From assembly GCA_964422035.1 (NCBI GenBank), contig CAYQZQ010000001.1:651786-715785 (forward strand): a stretch of DNA of 64,000 nucleotides, read 5' to 3'. Shown here in pieces: positions 18,767-28,561 of the stretch (position 1 is the first letter of the stretch; the number at the start of each line of letters is the position of its first letter). The translations under genes and the position numbers were made by a program. This DNA comes from an uncultured Pseudomonadales bacterium (GTDB lineage Bacteria > Patescibacteriota > Microgenomatia > UBA1400 > Chazhemtobacteraceae). Under the pieces are notes generated by a model. It ran no database searches. It saw nothing but the letters and a program-made list of their open reading frames with translations, and was not told where the DNA came from.

Positions 18767-19432
18767 GTGGGTTGGTTTTGGAAGTTTTTATATCCTAAGT
18801 ATTGTTGCTTGTGTGGAGAGATGGGGGAATGGTTGTGTGAGAGTTGTAAGAGTGATTTGAGATGGATTGAGTTGAGGTGTCCTTCTTGTGGTAGGGAAAC
18901 AGTAGGAGGGAGAAAACATGAGAAATGTGAGGGGGATTTGTCTGGCTTGATAGCTATTTATGATTACAGGCAGGAAAAGGTGCGAGGTGTGGTAAAAGCG
19001 TTTAAGTATAAGTTGGTAAAAAGTATGGGAGGGTTATTGCTTGAAGAAGTGAATTTGGGGGTGAAAAGAGGGGAATTTGATTGTCTGGTGCCGGTGGCAC
19101 TTCACAGAAGAAGAGAAAATTGGCGGGGTTTTAATCAGGCTGAGGTTCTGGCGGAGCTGATAAGTGAAAGAGTGGGTATTAGGGTGGAGGATGTTTTGGA
19201 GCGGGTTAGGTATACACAGCCTTTGGTGGAGCTGGAGAATTATAAAAAGAGAAAGGAAGAGATTAAAGGAGTGTTTAAAGTAAAAGATGAATGTAGAGGT
19301 AAAATAAGGGATAAAAGAGTACTATTAGTTGATGATGTGTTTACAAGTGGAAGTACGATGAGGGAGGCAGCAAAGACGTTAAAAAGAGCAGGGGCAAGAG
19401 AGGTGTGGGGCTGGGTATTGGCGGGTAGATAG
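18767..19432 (+). CDS. comF: ComF family competence protein (Zn ribbon + PRTase)
   Basis: CxxC pairs, RGFNQAE, VLLVDDVFTSGST. Confidence 0.92.
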   Translation: MGWFWKFLYPKYCCLCGEMGEWLCESCKSDLRWIELRCPSCGRETVGGRKHEKCEGDLSGLIAIYDYRQEKVRGVVKAFKYKLVKSMGGLLLEEVNLGVKRGEFDCLVPVALHRRRENWRGFNQAEVLAELISERVGIRVEDVLERVRYTQPLVELENYKKRKEEIKGVFKVKDECRGKIRDKRVLLVDDVFTSGSTMREAAKTLKRAGAREVWGWVLAGR

Positions 19433-19458
19433 TGGATAAATGGTAAAATAGTGGGGCT

Positions 19459-19543
19459 GGTGGGGTGCTCCGAATTGGTTAAGGAACCGGTCTTGAAAAC
19501 CGGCGCCCGCAAGGGCTTGTGGGTTCGAGTCCCACCCCCACCG
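19459..19543 (+). tRNA. tRNA-Ser(TGA)
   Basis: Acceptor GGTGGGG/CCCCACC, anticodon arm CCGGT-CTTGAAA-ACCGG, long variable arm, GGTTCGAGTCC. Confidence 0.93.
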
Positions 19544-19587
19544 CAGATATAGTTGAGTATTGTTTTGGGTTATGTTAGGGTGAAGGT

Positions 19588-20502
19588 ATGAGGGCAATAA
19601 TGGAAGAGAGGGTTCAAAGAGATTTTTTTAGAAAGATTAAGAATGTTTCGGGTTTATCAAACAGAGAATTGGGAAAGTTGGTTGATCTTAAAGCAAACTC
19701 TTTTGGGGATTGGAGTAGAGGGAGAACGAGTCCAACATATACGAAGTTGAAATATTTAGGAAATCGATTTGGTGTCAAGATTCCTGTCAATATAGAGACA
19801 AGGTGTGAAAATTGGGGACAAGTTAGAGGGGGAAAGGTTTCTCAGAAGATGAGAAAAATGGCACCTGAAAAGTATGAGGGAAGTGGTGTGCTATTAAGAA
19901 ATAAATTTAGCGATCCTTTTTGCTCGAAAGAGTTAGCTGAGTTTGTGGGCATTGTCTTGGGTGATGGTTGTTTGACCGGAAGTCAGTTGCAGATAACCTT
20001 GAATTCTGTAGCGGATGAAAAGTATGTTAAATATGTAAAAAGTTTGATATTGAGATTGTTTAGATACAAAGCAGGTATTTATAAGAAAAAAGATAGTAAA
20101 GCAGTTGTGGTGTGTGTGACAGGAGTTAATTTTGTAAATTTAATGAAGAAATATGGCTTGGAGACAGGAGATAAAGTTAGAAATCAGGTGTCTGTTCCAG
20201 GCTGGATTAGAAAGACAAAGAAGTTTAGAAAATCCTGCTTGAGGGGTTTGGTGGATACAGATGGTGGAATTCATTGGCATAAATATAAAATTCAAAATAA
20301 GCAATATAGTTATCTAAAATTGTGTTTTTCGAATAGGTCTGTGCCTTTAAGAAAATTTGTTTTTGAAACACTTGAGATGATGGGATTTAATCCCAAAATG
20401 GCAATGAATAAGCATGTGTGGTTGTATTCTGATGAAGAGTCTCGAAAGTATCTGAAAGTAATTGGTAGCTCTAATTTTAGGCTGAACAGGATGATTAGAT
20501 GA
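19588..20502 (+). CDS. Free-standing LAGLIDADG endonuclease-like protein with N-terminal HTH
   Basis: XRE-like HTH (GLSNRELGKLV...GDWSRG); motifs LAEFVGIVLGDG and CLRGLVDTDG. Confidence 0.85.
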   Translation: MRAIMEERVQRDFFRKIKNVSGLSNRELGKLVDLKANSFGDWSRGRTSPTYTKLKYLGNRFGVKIPVNIETRCENWGQVRGGKVSQKMRKMAPEKYEGSGVLLRNKFSDPFCSKELAEFVGIVLGDGCLTGSQLQITLNSVADEKYVKYVKSLILRLFRYKAGIYKKKDSKAVVVCVTGVNFVNLMKKYGLETGDKVRNQVSVPGWIRKTKKFRKSCLRGLVDTDGGIHWHKYKIQNKQYSYLKLCFSNRSVPLRKFVFETLEMMGFNPKMAMNKHVWLYSDEESRKYLKVIGSSNFRLNRMIR

Positions 20503-20517
20503 TATAATTACTTGCGA

Positions 20518-20607
20518 GGAGACGTGCCCGGAATTGGTATCGGAGCGCCCTGCTAAGGCGTCGCCCTGTTTAAGGGCTTGTGGGTTCGAGTCCCACCGTC
20601 TCCGCCA
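20518..20607 (+). tRNA. tRNA-Ser(GCT)
   Basis: GGAGACG/CGTCTCC-G-CCA, anticodon arm GCGCC-CTGCTAA-GGCGT, long variable arm. Confidence 0.93.
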
Positions 20608-20644
20608 AGATGAATGCAGGTGAGTTTGTGATAGGATGAAACTA

Positions 20645-21187
20645 ATGCCCGAAGAAAAAAAACAAGAGAGTCAAACGGCTCAACCAAGCATAAAAGGAGA
20701 AGAAAAGACTTTATTGGAGTGGAAAAGCTTGGAGAGACCTTTTAAGGAGAGAGGAAGGGATTTTTATAGTACGGTTTTGGTATTGGCGATACTGGTGGGA
20801 GTTATTTTATTCTTTATAGAAGGGCTAATGCCGGTGTTGTTGGTGGCTTCGGTAGTATTTGTGGTGTTTGTTATGTCTAAGGCAGAACCTAGGGTAGTTG
20901 AGCACAAAATAACTACCAGAGGTATAGAGACAGAAAGAAATAAGTTTTGGTGGGATGAGTTGATAATTTTTTGGTTTGAGAAAAAATGGGGGAATGATTT
21001 GGTGCATGTTTTAACTAGAAGAAACTGGCCAAGACAGATACTGCTGGTGTTGCCAGAGAGTGGTGAGGTGAAGAAAGAGAGGATTAAGGAAGTATTGGGT
21101 ACTTATTTGCCTTTGGAGAAACCACCGGATTCGTGGTTGGATAAGGCTGTTAATTGGTTGGGGGAGAAAGTGCCTTTGGAAGAGTAG
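20645..21187 (+). CDS. Conserved two-TM membrane protein
   Basis: LLEWKSLERPFKER, two TM helices, PH-like tail; start re-called to ATG 20645 (TAGGAT 7 nt upstream). Confidence 0.7.
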   Translation: MPEEKKQESQTAQPSIKGEEKTLLEWKSLERPFKERGRDFYSTVLVLAILVGVILFFIEGLMPVLLVASVVFVVFVMSKAEPRVVEHKITTRGIETERNKFWWDELIIFWFEKKWGNDLVHVLTRRNWPRQILLVLPESGEVKKERIKEVLGTYLPLEKPPDSWLDKAVNWLGEKVPLEE

Positions 21188-21360
21188 AGTTTTGGGTTTT
21201 GATATGAAAGCTAGATAAAATTTGTAGACAAGCCCCTAGTGAGAAGAGGAGATTTAAAAGAAGTATGGGTGGAATTTGTGATTTGTATTATAATAGGGTT
21301 GCCTTAAGAGACAAAATAATGTTCTTTTATCAGGATCTAGCCGATAGGCTAGTTGGAGAA

Positions 21361-21432
21361 GTCCCCGTAGTTTAATGGATAAAACACGGCCCTGCGGAGG
21401 CTGAGCTACAAGTTCGAATCTTGTCGGGGACA
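21361..21432 (+). tRNA. tRNA-Arg(GCG)
   Basis: GTCCCCG/CGGGGAC-A, anticodon arm CGGCC-CTGCGGA-GGCTG, T-arm ACAAG-TTCGAAT-CTTGT. Confidence 0.9.
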
Positions 21433-21440
21433 CAATTTTT

Positions 21441-21525
21441 GGAGGGTTGGCCGAGTGGTTTAAGGCGCCGATTTCGAAAGTCGGTGGGCTTTATGCCCGC
21501 ACAGGTTCGAATCCTGTACCCTCCG
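21441..21525 (+). tRNA. tRNA-Ser(CGA)
   Basis: GGAGGGT/ACCCTCC-G, anticodon arm CCGAT-TTCGAAA-GTCGG, long variable arm. Confidence 0.93.
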
Positions 21526-21612
21526 CATAAAACTTCTTTTGCTTATGAGTGGTACTTTAGAGTTTAGCTTGAAGGTATAAATGAGGCTGAATGCGATATA
21601 ATAGTAGTTATT

Positions 21613-21695
21613 GGAGGAGTCGCATAGTGGTCGATTGCACGAGCTTGGAAAGTTCGAGCCGCAAGGCTTCGTGGGTTCGAATCCCACCTCCTCCG
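21613..21695 (+). tRNA. tRNA-Ser(GGA)
   Basis: GGAGGAG/CTCCTCC-G, anticodon arm CGAGC-TTGGAAA-GTTCG, long variable arm. Confidence 0.93.
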
Positions 21696-21784
21696 CAGAG
21701 CAAATGCGTGTGATAGTTATGCAGATTGTTTGATTAGTTGAGCCTTGAAGCGGCTGAGTTTGAATTATGAGGTAAAATAAAGGC

Positions 21785-23554
21785 ATGGATCAGGTAGAAC
21801 AGGTGAAGCGCAAAGTTGATGTGGTAGAAGTAGTTGGAGATTATGTGGCTTTAAAAAAGGCAGGGAGAAATTTTAAAGGCTTGTGTCCTTTCCATAGTGA
21901 GAAGACGGCTTCTTTTATGGTTAATCCTGAGTTGCAGATATATAAATGCTTTGGGTGTGGAAAAGGAGGAGATGTGATTTCGTTTATTGAGGAGATGGAG
22001 GGAGTTGAGTTTAGAGAGGCGCTGGAGATGTTGGCTGATAGAGCGGGGGTCAAGCTTAAACCGATGGGTGAAAGGAAAGACAGGAGTGAGCAGAAAAGAA
22101 TGATTGAAGCACATGAGCTGGCAAAAGAGTATTACCATTATTTATTGACTGAGCACAAAAGGGGTAAAGAGGCTTTAAAGTACTTAAATGATAGAGGGGT
22201 GGGAGAGAAATTAATTGAGGAGTTTAAATTGGGTTATGCCTTGGAAAGCTGGGAAGGATTGTATAAGTATTTGGTTAATAAGAAGAATTTTGAGCCGGAG
22301 TTGTTAGTTAGGGCAGGGCTTTTAATTAAGTCCAGTAAGGGAAAGGGTTATTATGACCGGTTTAGAGGAAGAGTGATGTTTCCTTTAATTGATCACAGAG
22401 GAAGAAATTTGGCTTTTGGAGGAAGGATACTGCCCGGTCTTGGTGATGAAAAAACTCCCAAGTACATTAATTCTCCAGAGACAGATATTTATCACAAGTC
22501 GGAGATGTTGTATGGCTTTTATCAGGCTAAGCAAGCGATAAGAAAGAATGATCGAGTAGTGGTGGTTGAGGGAGAGATGGATATGATTAGTAGTTACGGA
22601 GCGGGGGTAACAGAGACGGTGGCTATTAAGGGAACGGCTTTAACTATTCAGCAGGTAAGGTTGATAAAAAGATTGACTAAGAGAATGGTGTTGGCTTTGG
22701 ATGCGGATGAGGCAGGCCAGGATGCATCTAAGCGAAGTATTGAGGTGGCAGAAAAACAGGGAGTTAATGTTAGAGTGGTAGCAATTGAGGGAAGCAAGGA
22801 TCCAGATGATGTGGTGAGAAAAAGTAAGGGTAAATGGAAAAAAATGGTTGAAAATGCTCAAGAGGTCTATGACTATTTAATTGAAAAAGCAAAAGAAAGG
22901 CATAATCTTGAGAGTGGGGAAGGTAAAAATGGGTTTACAGAAGAGATTTTACCGGTCCTGGCTAGAATTAGGAACCAGGTAGTGATGGCTCATTATCTTA
23001 AGAAGGTGGCAGACACTTTAGATGTTAGTGAGGATTGGGTGGTAAGAGAGGTTGAGAGAAAAATTAAAGCGGGTGAGGTGGGAGAAAAGGAAAGAGAGAT
23101 GGAGAAAGAAGAGAGCAAAGAGAAGGAAAGTAGAAAAGAACAGCTATTGAGGGAGATCTGGGCGTATTTATTACGGGTTGACAGGGAAGTGGGGAGTGAG
23201 GCAATAGGAAGACTGAGAAAGATAAAAGTAGGGTCTAAACTAAGGAAGCTTTTGAACAACTGGGAGGAGTACTTTATAAAGAAAGATAAAGGTAGGGTAG
23301 CTGAGTGGATAAAACAATTACCTGATGAGTTGAAAAAGGTGCCACAAGAGGCGTATATGAAAGAGGTAGAGGAGGAGAGAGTTAAGTGGAATCTGCAGTT
23401 GGCAATTGATGAGTATGAAGAGCTTTTGTTGCGCAACAGGCTCAGAGAGTTGGAAAACAAGATAGGAAAAGCAGAGAAGGATGAGGATGAGAAAGCGTTG
23501 GAAGAAAACCGAACAGAGTTTGTAAGATTGAGTAAGAGATTGTCTGAAATTTGA
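21785..23554 (+). CDS. dnaG: DNA primase
   Basis: CHC2 zinc finger CPFHSEKT...CFGC, KYINSPET, TOPRIM EGEMD, DADEAG, KDPD. Confidence 0.98.
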   Translation: MDQVEQVKRKVDVVEVVGDYVALKKAGRNFKGLCPFHSEKTASFMVNPELQIYKCFGCGKGGDVISFIEEMEGVEFREALEMLADRAGVKLKPMGERKDRSEQKRMIEAHELAKEYYHYLLTEHKRGKEALKYLNDRGVGEKLIEEFKLGYALESWEGLYKYLVNKKNFEPELLVRAGLLIKSSKGKGYYDRFRGRVMFPLIDHRGRNLAFGGRILPGLGDEKTPKYINSPETDIYHKSEMLYGFYQAKQAIRKNDRVVVVEGEMDMISSYGAGVTETVAIKGTALTIQQVRLIKRLTKRMVLALDADEAGQDASKRSIEVAEKQGVNVRVVAIEGSKDPDDVVRKSKGKWKKMVENAQEVYDYLIEKAKERHNLESGEGKNGFTEEILPVLARIRNQVVMAHYLKKVADTLDVSEDWVVREVERKIKAGEVGEKEREMEKEESKEKESRKEQLLREIWAYLLRVDREVGSEAIGRLRKIKVGSKLRKLLNNWEEYFIKKDKGRVAEWIKQLPDELKKVPQEAYMKEVEEERVKWNLQLAIDEYEELLLRNRLRELENKIGKAEKDEDEKALEENRTEFVRLSKRLSEI

Positions 23555-23642
23555 ATAAGCAGGCTAGAGATGATATATTGTGTTAGTGTTGTTAGTAGTT
23601 ATAAACCGCTTCCTATGGGGAGTGAATTTTTAGGTTGTTAAG

Positions 23643-24740
23643 ATGTTTAAACAGAAAAAAATAAGTGGTAAGCAAATAAGGGGAATCGAAGAGCTTTTGA
23701 AGAGAGGAAAGGAACAGGGTTTTGTAACAATTGATGATATGTTAAGAGTATTTCCTGAAGCTGAGAAACAGGTAGGTTATATAGATTTTTTGTATAAAAA
23801 ACTTTTAGAGTCAGATATTGATGTATTTGAAGAAGTCGAGAAAGAGAAAGATGAAGCCGACATCTCGGAGGATTTAGAGAAAGAGCTTGAGTCTTTGAGT
23901 TCTATGGATGATAAATCTGTAAAGGATCCAGTAAGGATGTATTTAAAAGAGATAGGAAGAATTCCTTTGCTTAAGCGGGAAGAAGAGATTTCCTTGGCCC
24001 AAAAAGTTGACAAGGGGGATAAGGATGCAAAAGACAAATTAACCTCTTCTAACTTGAGACTGGTGGTTTCGATTGCCAAGAAATACATTGGTAGAGGAAT
24101 GAGCTTTTTGGACTTGATTCAAGAAGGTAATAAGGGTTTGATTAGAGCAGTTGAAAAGTATGACTGGACTAAGGGATACAAGTTTTCTACTTATGCTACT
24201 TGGTGGATCCGTCAGGCAATTACTAGGGCTATTGCTGATCAGGCAAGAACAATTCGAATTCCGGTTCATATGGTTGAGACGATAAATAAGGTAATGAAGA
24301 GCCAAAGACAGTTAATGCAGAATTTAGGTAGGGAGCCAACTCCAGAAGAGGTAGCTGAGGAGGTTAATATGAAGGAAGAGAAGGTTAGAGAGATATTTAA
24401 GATTGCACAAAAGACTACTTCTCTGGAAACTCCTATTGGGGATGAAGGAGATAGTCAGTTAGGTGACTTTATTGAAGATGAAAATACTGCTACTCCTTAT
24501 GAAAATACAAGTGTTCAGTTGTTGCGTGAGAATGTGGGACAGGTTTTGGATAGCTTGTCAGACAGAGAAAAAAAGGTGTTGATGATGAGGTTTGGTTTGC
24601 AAGGAGAGAAGCCAAAGACATTGGAAGAGGTAGGAAGCAAATTTGGAGTAACGAGAGAGAGAATCAGACAAATTGAAGCGAAAGCTTTAAGGAAACTTAG
24701 ACATCCTTCTCAGAAGAAGAGGATGCAGGATTTTCTTTAA
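23643..24740 (+). CDS. rpoD: RNA polymerase primary sigma factor
   Basis: [58 protein letters not shown]. Confidence 0.98.
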   Translation: MFKQKKISGKQIRGIEELLKRGKEQGFVTIDDMLRVFPEAEKQVGYIDFLYKKLLESDIDVFEEVEKEKDEADISEDLEKELESLSSMDDKSVKDPVRMYLKEIGRIPLLKREEEISLAQKVDKGDKDAKDKLTSSNLRLVVSIAKKYIGRGMSFLDLIQEGNKGLIRAVEKYDWTKGYKFSTYATWWIRQAITRAIADQARTIRIPVHMVETINKVMKSQRQLMQNLGREPTPEEVAEEVNMKEEKVREIFKIAQKTTSLETPIGDEGDSQLGDFIEDENTATPYENTSVQLLRENVGQVLDSLSDREKKVLMMRFGLQGEKPKTLEEVGSKFGVTRERIRQIEAKALRKLRHPSQKKRMQDFL

Positions 24741-25419
24741 AATTTAACTTGTTTTTTCCGGGTACGAAGTGGTGTTTTTTGCAGCGGGCGGTGTAGTTTT
24801 CTTTGGCACCGACGACAACGGTAGGGTCGGTGTAGTTGGCTGGTTTGCCGTTAACTAAGCGCTGGGTGCGAGTGGCGTTAAGATTACCACAGTCTTTATG
24901 GGTGCAGACAGCTTTGTGTTTTTCAACGTGGTCGGCTCGGGCGATGATATCTGGCATGGGGCCTGGGAAAGGCTCCCCGCGAAAGTCGGTGTCTAGGCCG
25001 GCTATGCGAATATCTAGGTTTGGTTGTTCTGGAGAGCGTTGGGCAAATACATTATCTATAAAATCAAGAACAATAGCTAGGTCTTTATCAAAAAATTGCC
25101 CTTCATCAATATAAATAGCACGGAGCTTGCGGTATTGAGGTTTGATATTTTGAATTGTCGCTTGTTGGGGGTCTTGAGGAAGATCTTGAAAAAGGATTTT
25201 AACTAATTGATGGGAGTCTTTTAGAGAGGTGGCTTGAGCTTCTTTGCCATTGTGGGCACCGATGATGTTTTCTCCGTAGCGATTGTCTTTATGGTGGTTG
25301 AAAGCGAGAAAGTCTTTGCCGGGCTGTTGTCCTCCGATTAGTCGACGGTTGATAATTTCAGCGATCTCGGCAGATTTACCAGAGAACATAGGACCAGTTT
25401 CAACGTTTATAGGTGACAT
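24697..25419 (-). CDS. tdk: Thymidine kinase
   Basis: [26 protein letters not shown], Zn-binding Cys residues, YTARC. Confidence 0.93.
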   Translation of the reverse strand: MSPINVETGPMFSGKSAEIAEIINRRLIGGQQPGKDFLAFNHHKDNRYGENIIGAHNGKEAQATSLKDSHQLVKILFQDLPQDPQQATIQNIKPQYRKLRAIYIDEGQFFDKDLAIVLDFIDNVFAQRSPEQPNLDIRIAGLDTDFRGEPFPGPMPDIIARADHVEKHKAVCTHKDCGNLNATRTQRLVNGKPANYTDPTVVVGAKENYTARCKKHHFVPGKNKLNFKENPASSSSEKDV

Positions 25420-25479
25420 ACATGGGGAATTATAGATTTTTGTGATGATTTAGCAAGTGAGGTTTGTTACAATAAAGTA

Positions 25480-25809
25480 ATGTTAATGAATTTGGTAGTT
25501 AATGCGATAGCTTTTTATGTGGTGGGTTATTTGGTGCCAGGGATGGTGCTTGAGGGGTGGCAGGCTTTGTTGGTTGTGTCAGTAGTATGGGGGTTGATAA
25601 CAATGTTTGTGAAGCCGGTTTTATCATTTTTGACACTGCCGATTAATGTTTTGAGTCTGGGGCTGTTTTCGTTTATCTTGAATGCCTTGCTTTTGATGTT
25701 GACAGCAAGTTTGGTACCAGGGTTTGGAGTGGAGAGCTTTTTGTCGGCTCTTTTGGCATCGTTGCTTTTGTCTTTGGTGAATGCGGTTTTGACGAGAATG
25801 GGTAGATGA
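25480..25809 (+). CDS. Four-TM membrane protein, YvlD/phage-holin superfamily IV
   Basis: VKPVLSFLTLPINVLSLGLF...NA motif. Confidence 0.85.
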   Translation: MLMNLVVNAIAFYVVGYLVPGMVLEGWQALLVVSVVWGLITMFVKPVLSFLTLPINVLSLGLFSFILNALLLMLTASLVPGFGVESFLSALLASLLLSLVNAVLTRMGR

Positions 25810-25832
25810 GGAAGGAGTTGGAAGGATGGTAA

Positions 25833-26069
25833 TTGAGAGAGGAAGGTTCGGTTGAGAAGTTGGTTAGAGAGTTTGATTTTGATGATTTTGAGAGTGCTTT
25901 GAGGTTTGTTAATGAGGTGGGAGAGTTGGCTGAGGAGAGAGATCATCATCCGGTGATTGCTTTGGAATGGGGGAAAGTAGAGGTGGTTTGGTGGAGTCAT
26001 GAAAAAGGAAGGGTTGAAGAAATTGATTGGAAAATGGCAGAGGCATGCAATGAGGTTTATAAGATATAG
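25833..26069 (+). CDS. Pterin-4a-carbinolamine dehydratase family protein
   Basis: FDDFESALRFVNEVGELAEERDHHP...WSH...D. Confidence 0.85.
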   Translation: MREEGSVEKLVREFDFDDFESALRFVNEVGELAEERDHHPVIALEWGKVEVVWWSHEKGRVEEIDWKMAEACNEVYKI

Positions 26070-26116
26070 TTGAGGCTGGTTGTGGTAAAATAAGAATGTT
26101 GATTAACAACTAATAT

Positions 26117-26188
26117 TCCCCTGTAGCTCAGCGGTAGAGCGGGTGCCTGTTAAGCACTAGGTCGCTGGTTCGAATCCAGCCGGGGGAG
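26117..26188 (+). tRNA. tRNA-Asn(GTT)
   Basis: TCCCCTG/CGGGGGA-G, anticodon arm GGTGC-CTGTTAA-GCACT. Confidence 0.95.
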
Positions 26189-26262
26189 CACCTAAATTTA
26201 GCTTTAGATTAGATATACCCCTATTGTTGGATATACAAACCAGTCGATTGTATAATTTGAGT

Positions 26263-26883
26263 ATGAGATTAGTATATCCAGTGGATAAAGATACAGTAAC
26301 ACAAGCGTTTGGAGAAGATAATTCTAATCACCCTGTTAGGAAAGATTTTTACAATCTATTTGATAATAGACATCCAGGCGTAGATTTTGGAGTAAAAGTG
26401 GGTACTGTGGTGAGAGCAGCTGGAGCAGGTGTTGTGGTTAGGAAAGAGAATCATAAAGGGATGGGGAATGTCGTTGGAGTACGCAATGGAAATATTGTGA
26501 TGTTGTATGCTCATTTGAAAAAAATTAAGGTTGATCTTGGTCAGGTTTTGGATGAGGGTGTGGTAATTGGTTTATCGGGTGAGACTGGAAATGCTTGCGG
26601 TGTACCCCATTTACATTTTGAGATTAGAGATATTACTAAGGGAAGTCTAAAAGAGATGGTGTTTGATCCTCCATTTGAGGGAGATGTGCCCCAATGGAAA
26701 GAGGAGTTTGAATATGTTGTAAATAACAAAAACGCCAAGAAGACTTGGAAATTGTTGGCCGAGTTATTTTTTGGAGATGAAAAGAGTTGGTTGAAATTGA
26801 AAAAACGAAATACAGATCTTGATTATGAGGAGAAAGAGGTTATTAATGATGGAAGTATTGTTTTGGTGCCAAACTATAAATAG
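26263..26883 (+). CDS. M23 metallopeptidase with LysM-like C-terminus
   Basis: HPGVDF, YAHL, GxTG...PHLHFE; start re-called to ATG 26263 (TATAAT 6 nt upstream). Confidence 0.85.
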   Translation: MRLVYPVDKDTVTQAFGEDNSNHPVRKDFYNLFDNRHPGVDFGVKVGTVVRAAGAGVVVRKENHKGMGNVVGVRNGNIVMLYAHLKKIKVDLGQVLDEGVVIGLSGETGNACGVPHLHFEIRDITKGSLKEMVFDPPFEGDVPQWKEEFEYVVNNKNAKKTWKLLAELFFGDEKSWLKLKKRNTDLDYEEKEVINDGSIVLVPNYK

Positions 26884-26936
26884 TTGTGCTAGATTTGTGC
26901 AAGTTGTGGAATGGGGAGTATTGATATAATTTAAGT

Positions 26937-27638
26937 ATGAGTATTGTTGCAAGTATTGGTGGGGGTGAGATTAAGGAAAGAGAAACTGAGTTGATTGATA
27001 AAGAGTTGTTGAAGATGGTTAACAAGCAGAGACCAAGAGTGTTGTTTGTTCCGACAGCAAGTGAGGATGCGGAAAATTACTGGCAAACATTTAGAGATTA
27101 TTATGGTTCTCTAGGGGCTGAAACGGAAGTGTTGTGGTTGCTTGATGAAAGTAAGAGAGTAGCAGGTATAAGAGATTTTGTATTGAGTTTTGACATGGTC
27201 TATGTGGGAGGAGGTAATACAAAGATGATGCTAGAAGTATGGGAAGAGCAAGGAGTAGATAATGTTTTGAGAGAAGGGTATGAAAATGGGTTGTTACTAT
27301 CAGGCTTAAGTGCGGGAGGCATGTGTTGGTTTGAGTTTGGCTTGTCTGACTCGCCAAAATTTAATAACTCAGATGATGAAGATTTGATTTTAATTGAGGG
27401 TTTAGGTTTAGTAGATGGTTTATTTAGCCCTCATCATATTAGAGAACCAGAAAGAGAAGAAAAGTTGCAGGAAATTATGAAAGGACTTCCTGGAGTGAAT
27501 GGTTATGCAGTTGATGATAATGCTGCTTTGGTGATTGATGATGAGAAAGTTAGAGTTTTGTGTTCAAGAGATGGGGCTTTGGTAAAGAGATATCAATACG
27601 ATGGTGAGGAGTTAGAGCAAAGTGTAATGGAGGAATAA
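26937..27638 (+). CDS. Peptidase E / S51 family
   Basis: FVPTAS, YVGGGNT, GLSAG nucleophile elbow, PH. Confidence 0.88.
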   Translation: MSIVASIGGGEIKERETELIDKELLKMVNKQRPRVLFVPTASEDAENYWQTFRDYYGSLGAETEVLWLLDESKRVAGIRDFVLSFDMVYVGGGNTKMMLEVWEEQGVDNVLREGYENGLLLSGLSAGGMCWFEFGLSDSPKFNNSDDEDLILIEGLGLVDGLFSPHHIREPEREEKLQEIMKGLPGVNGYAVDDNAALVIDDEKVRVLCSRDGALVKRYQYDGEELEQSVMEE

Positions 27639-27689
27639 TTGCATTTTTTATGGTTTGAGTTAGTTGTGGGATGGGGAGCCAAATTTGAT

Positions 27690-28349
27690 TTACTCGAACT
27701 TAACAGTTTTAACAGCTTCAATCATTTTTTCTTTAACTTTATCCCAACCTATCGTTTGATGCATCCTGGGCATAGGTTGTTGTTCTGCATTCTTAAAATA
27801 AACTAACGATTTCATGATATGAGTTTTACTGTAACCAATTGTTTGATACTTTTTTTCCATAAGTTTACACAATTCATTCAATGTGTACTTATTTAACAAA
27901 AAGTAAAGATCGATAAAGTCCTTTTTACTCCCCCTCACACCGATGGTTTGTAGTTTAGTACAAGCAATATCCTCAATTGAGCTAAGTTGAATATTTTGCC
28001 AATAAGTTGTTGGTGCAATTAGATCATAAGGATACTCTAAAAACTGTAGTTTGACTCCATTGAGAAATGTATTTAGTGTGCCTTCAGCGAGTTCGGTTTG
28101 TTTTAGATTGGCAAACCTAGTTAGTTTTGACTGCAACCTTTGTGGATCAAATGAGTTTTTTATAAAAAAGTCTAGATCTTCAGATTCACGATGTCCAAGT
28201 TGAAGTGACAAAGCTGTCCCGCCGGATAAATAAAATTCATCTAAAAAATTTGGTTGTTTTGTTTGGAAAAGATCTATCAGTTTAGCCGTTTGATTGGGAA
28301 GAGTTTCTGGGAAAAATTGTTTACTATTCACGGTAGGTAAAGGCTCCAA
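27690..28349 (-). CDS. AbiEii/AbiGii-family nucleotidyltransferase toxin
   Basis: FYLSGGTALSLQLGHRESEDLDFF, K...RG.KKDFIDLY. Confidence 0.9.
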   Translation of the reverse strand: MEPLPTVNSKQFFPETLPNQTAKLIDLFQTKQPNFLDEFYLSGGTALSLQLGHRESEDLDFFIKNSFDPQRLQSKLTRFANLKQTELAEGTLNTFLNGVKLQFLEYPYDLIAPTTYWQNIQLSSIEDIACTKLQTIGVRGSKKDFIDLYFLLNKYTLNELCKLMEKKYQTIGYSKTHIMKSLVYFKNAEQQPMPRMHQTIGWDKVKEKMIEAVKTVKFE

Positions 28350-28561
28350 AAATTTTGTGATTTCGGCTCGAGCTTGAGGTGAGGCATCATATTTTTGATT
28401 TGGGTAGTACCTGCTTTCTTCAATAACCAGGATACAGATTTTTCATCTCCTTTGTTAAGTAAGGTTTGGACAATGTATTGTTTATGTTTTTGCCAACTTA
28501 GCTGGCTTAAATCATCGCCCCAAAAGTATTTTTTAGCCTGGGAGGGAATAGTATCTACCAT
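28328..28561 (-). CDS. Small putative antitoxin (DUF6922-like)
   Basis: YFWGDD...YIVQTLLNKGD...WL...FW; overlaps the toxin start. Confidence 0.75.
   Translation of the reverse strand: MVDTIPSQAKKYFWGDDLSQLSWQKHKQYIVQTLLNKGDEKSVSWLLKKAGTTQIKNMMPHLKLEPKSQNFWSLYLP

Noticed and set aside
18688-20607. tmRNA 3' end nearly identical to the tRNA-Ser(GCT) 3' end, resembling attL/attR
   Set aside because: Both are complete functional RNAs, T-arm and acceptor similarity is expected, and there is no integrase between them.
24697-24740. 44-bp convergent overlap of rpoD and tdk as antisense regulation
   Set aside because: Convergent overlaps and abutting stops recur across this compact genome; no specific signal.
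25480-25809. Holin as evidence of a prophage
   Set aside because: The YvlD-type family is commonly chromosomal, and no phage genes are nearby.
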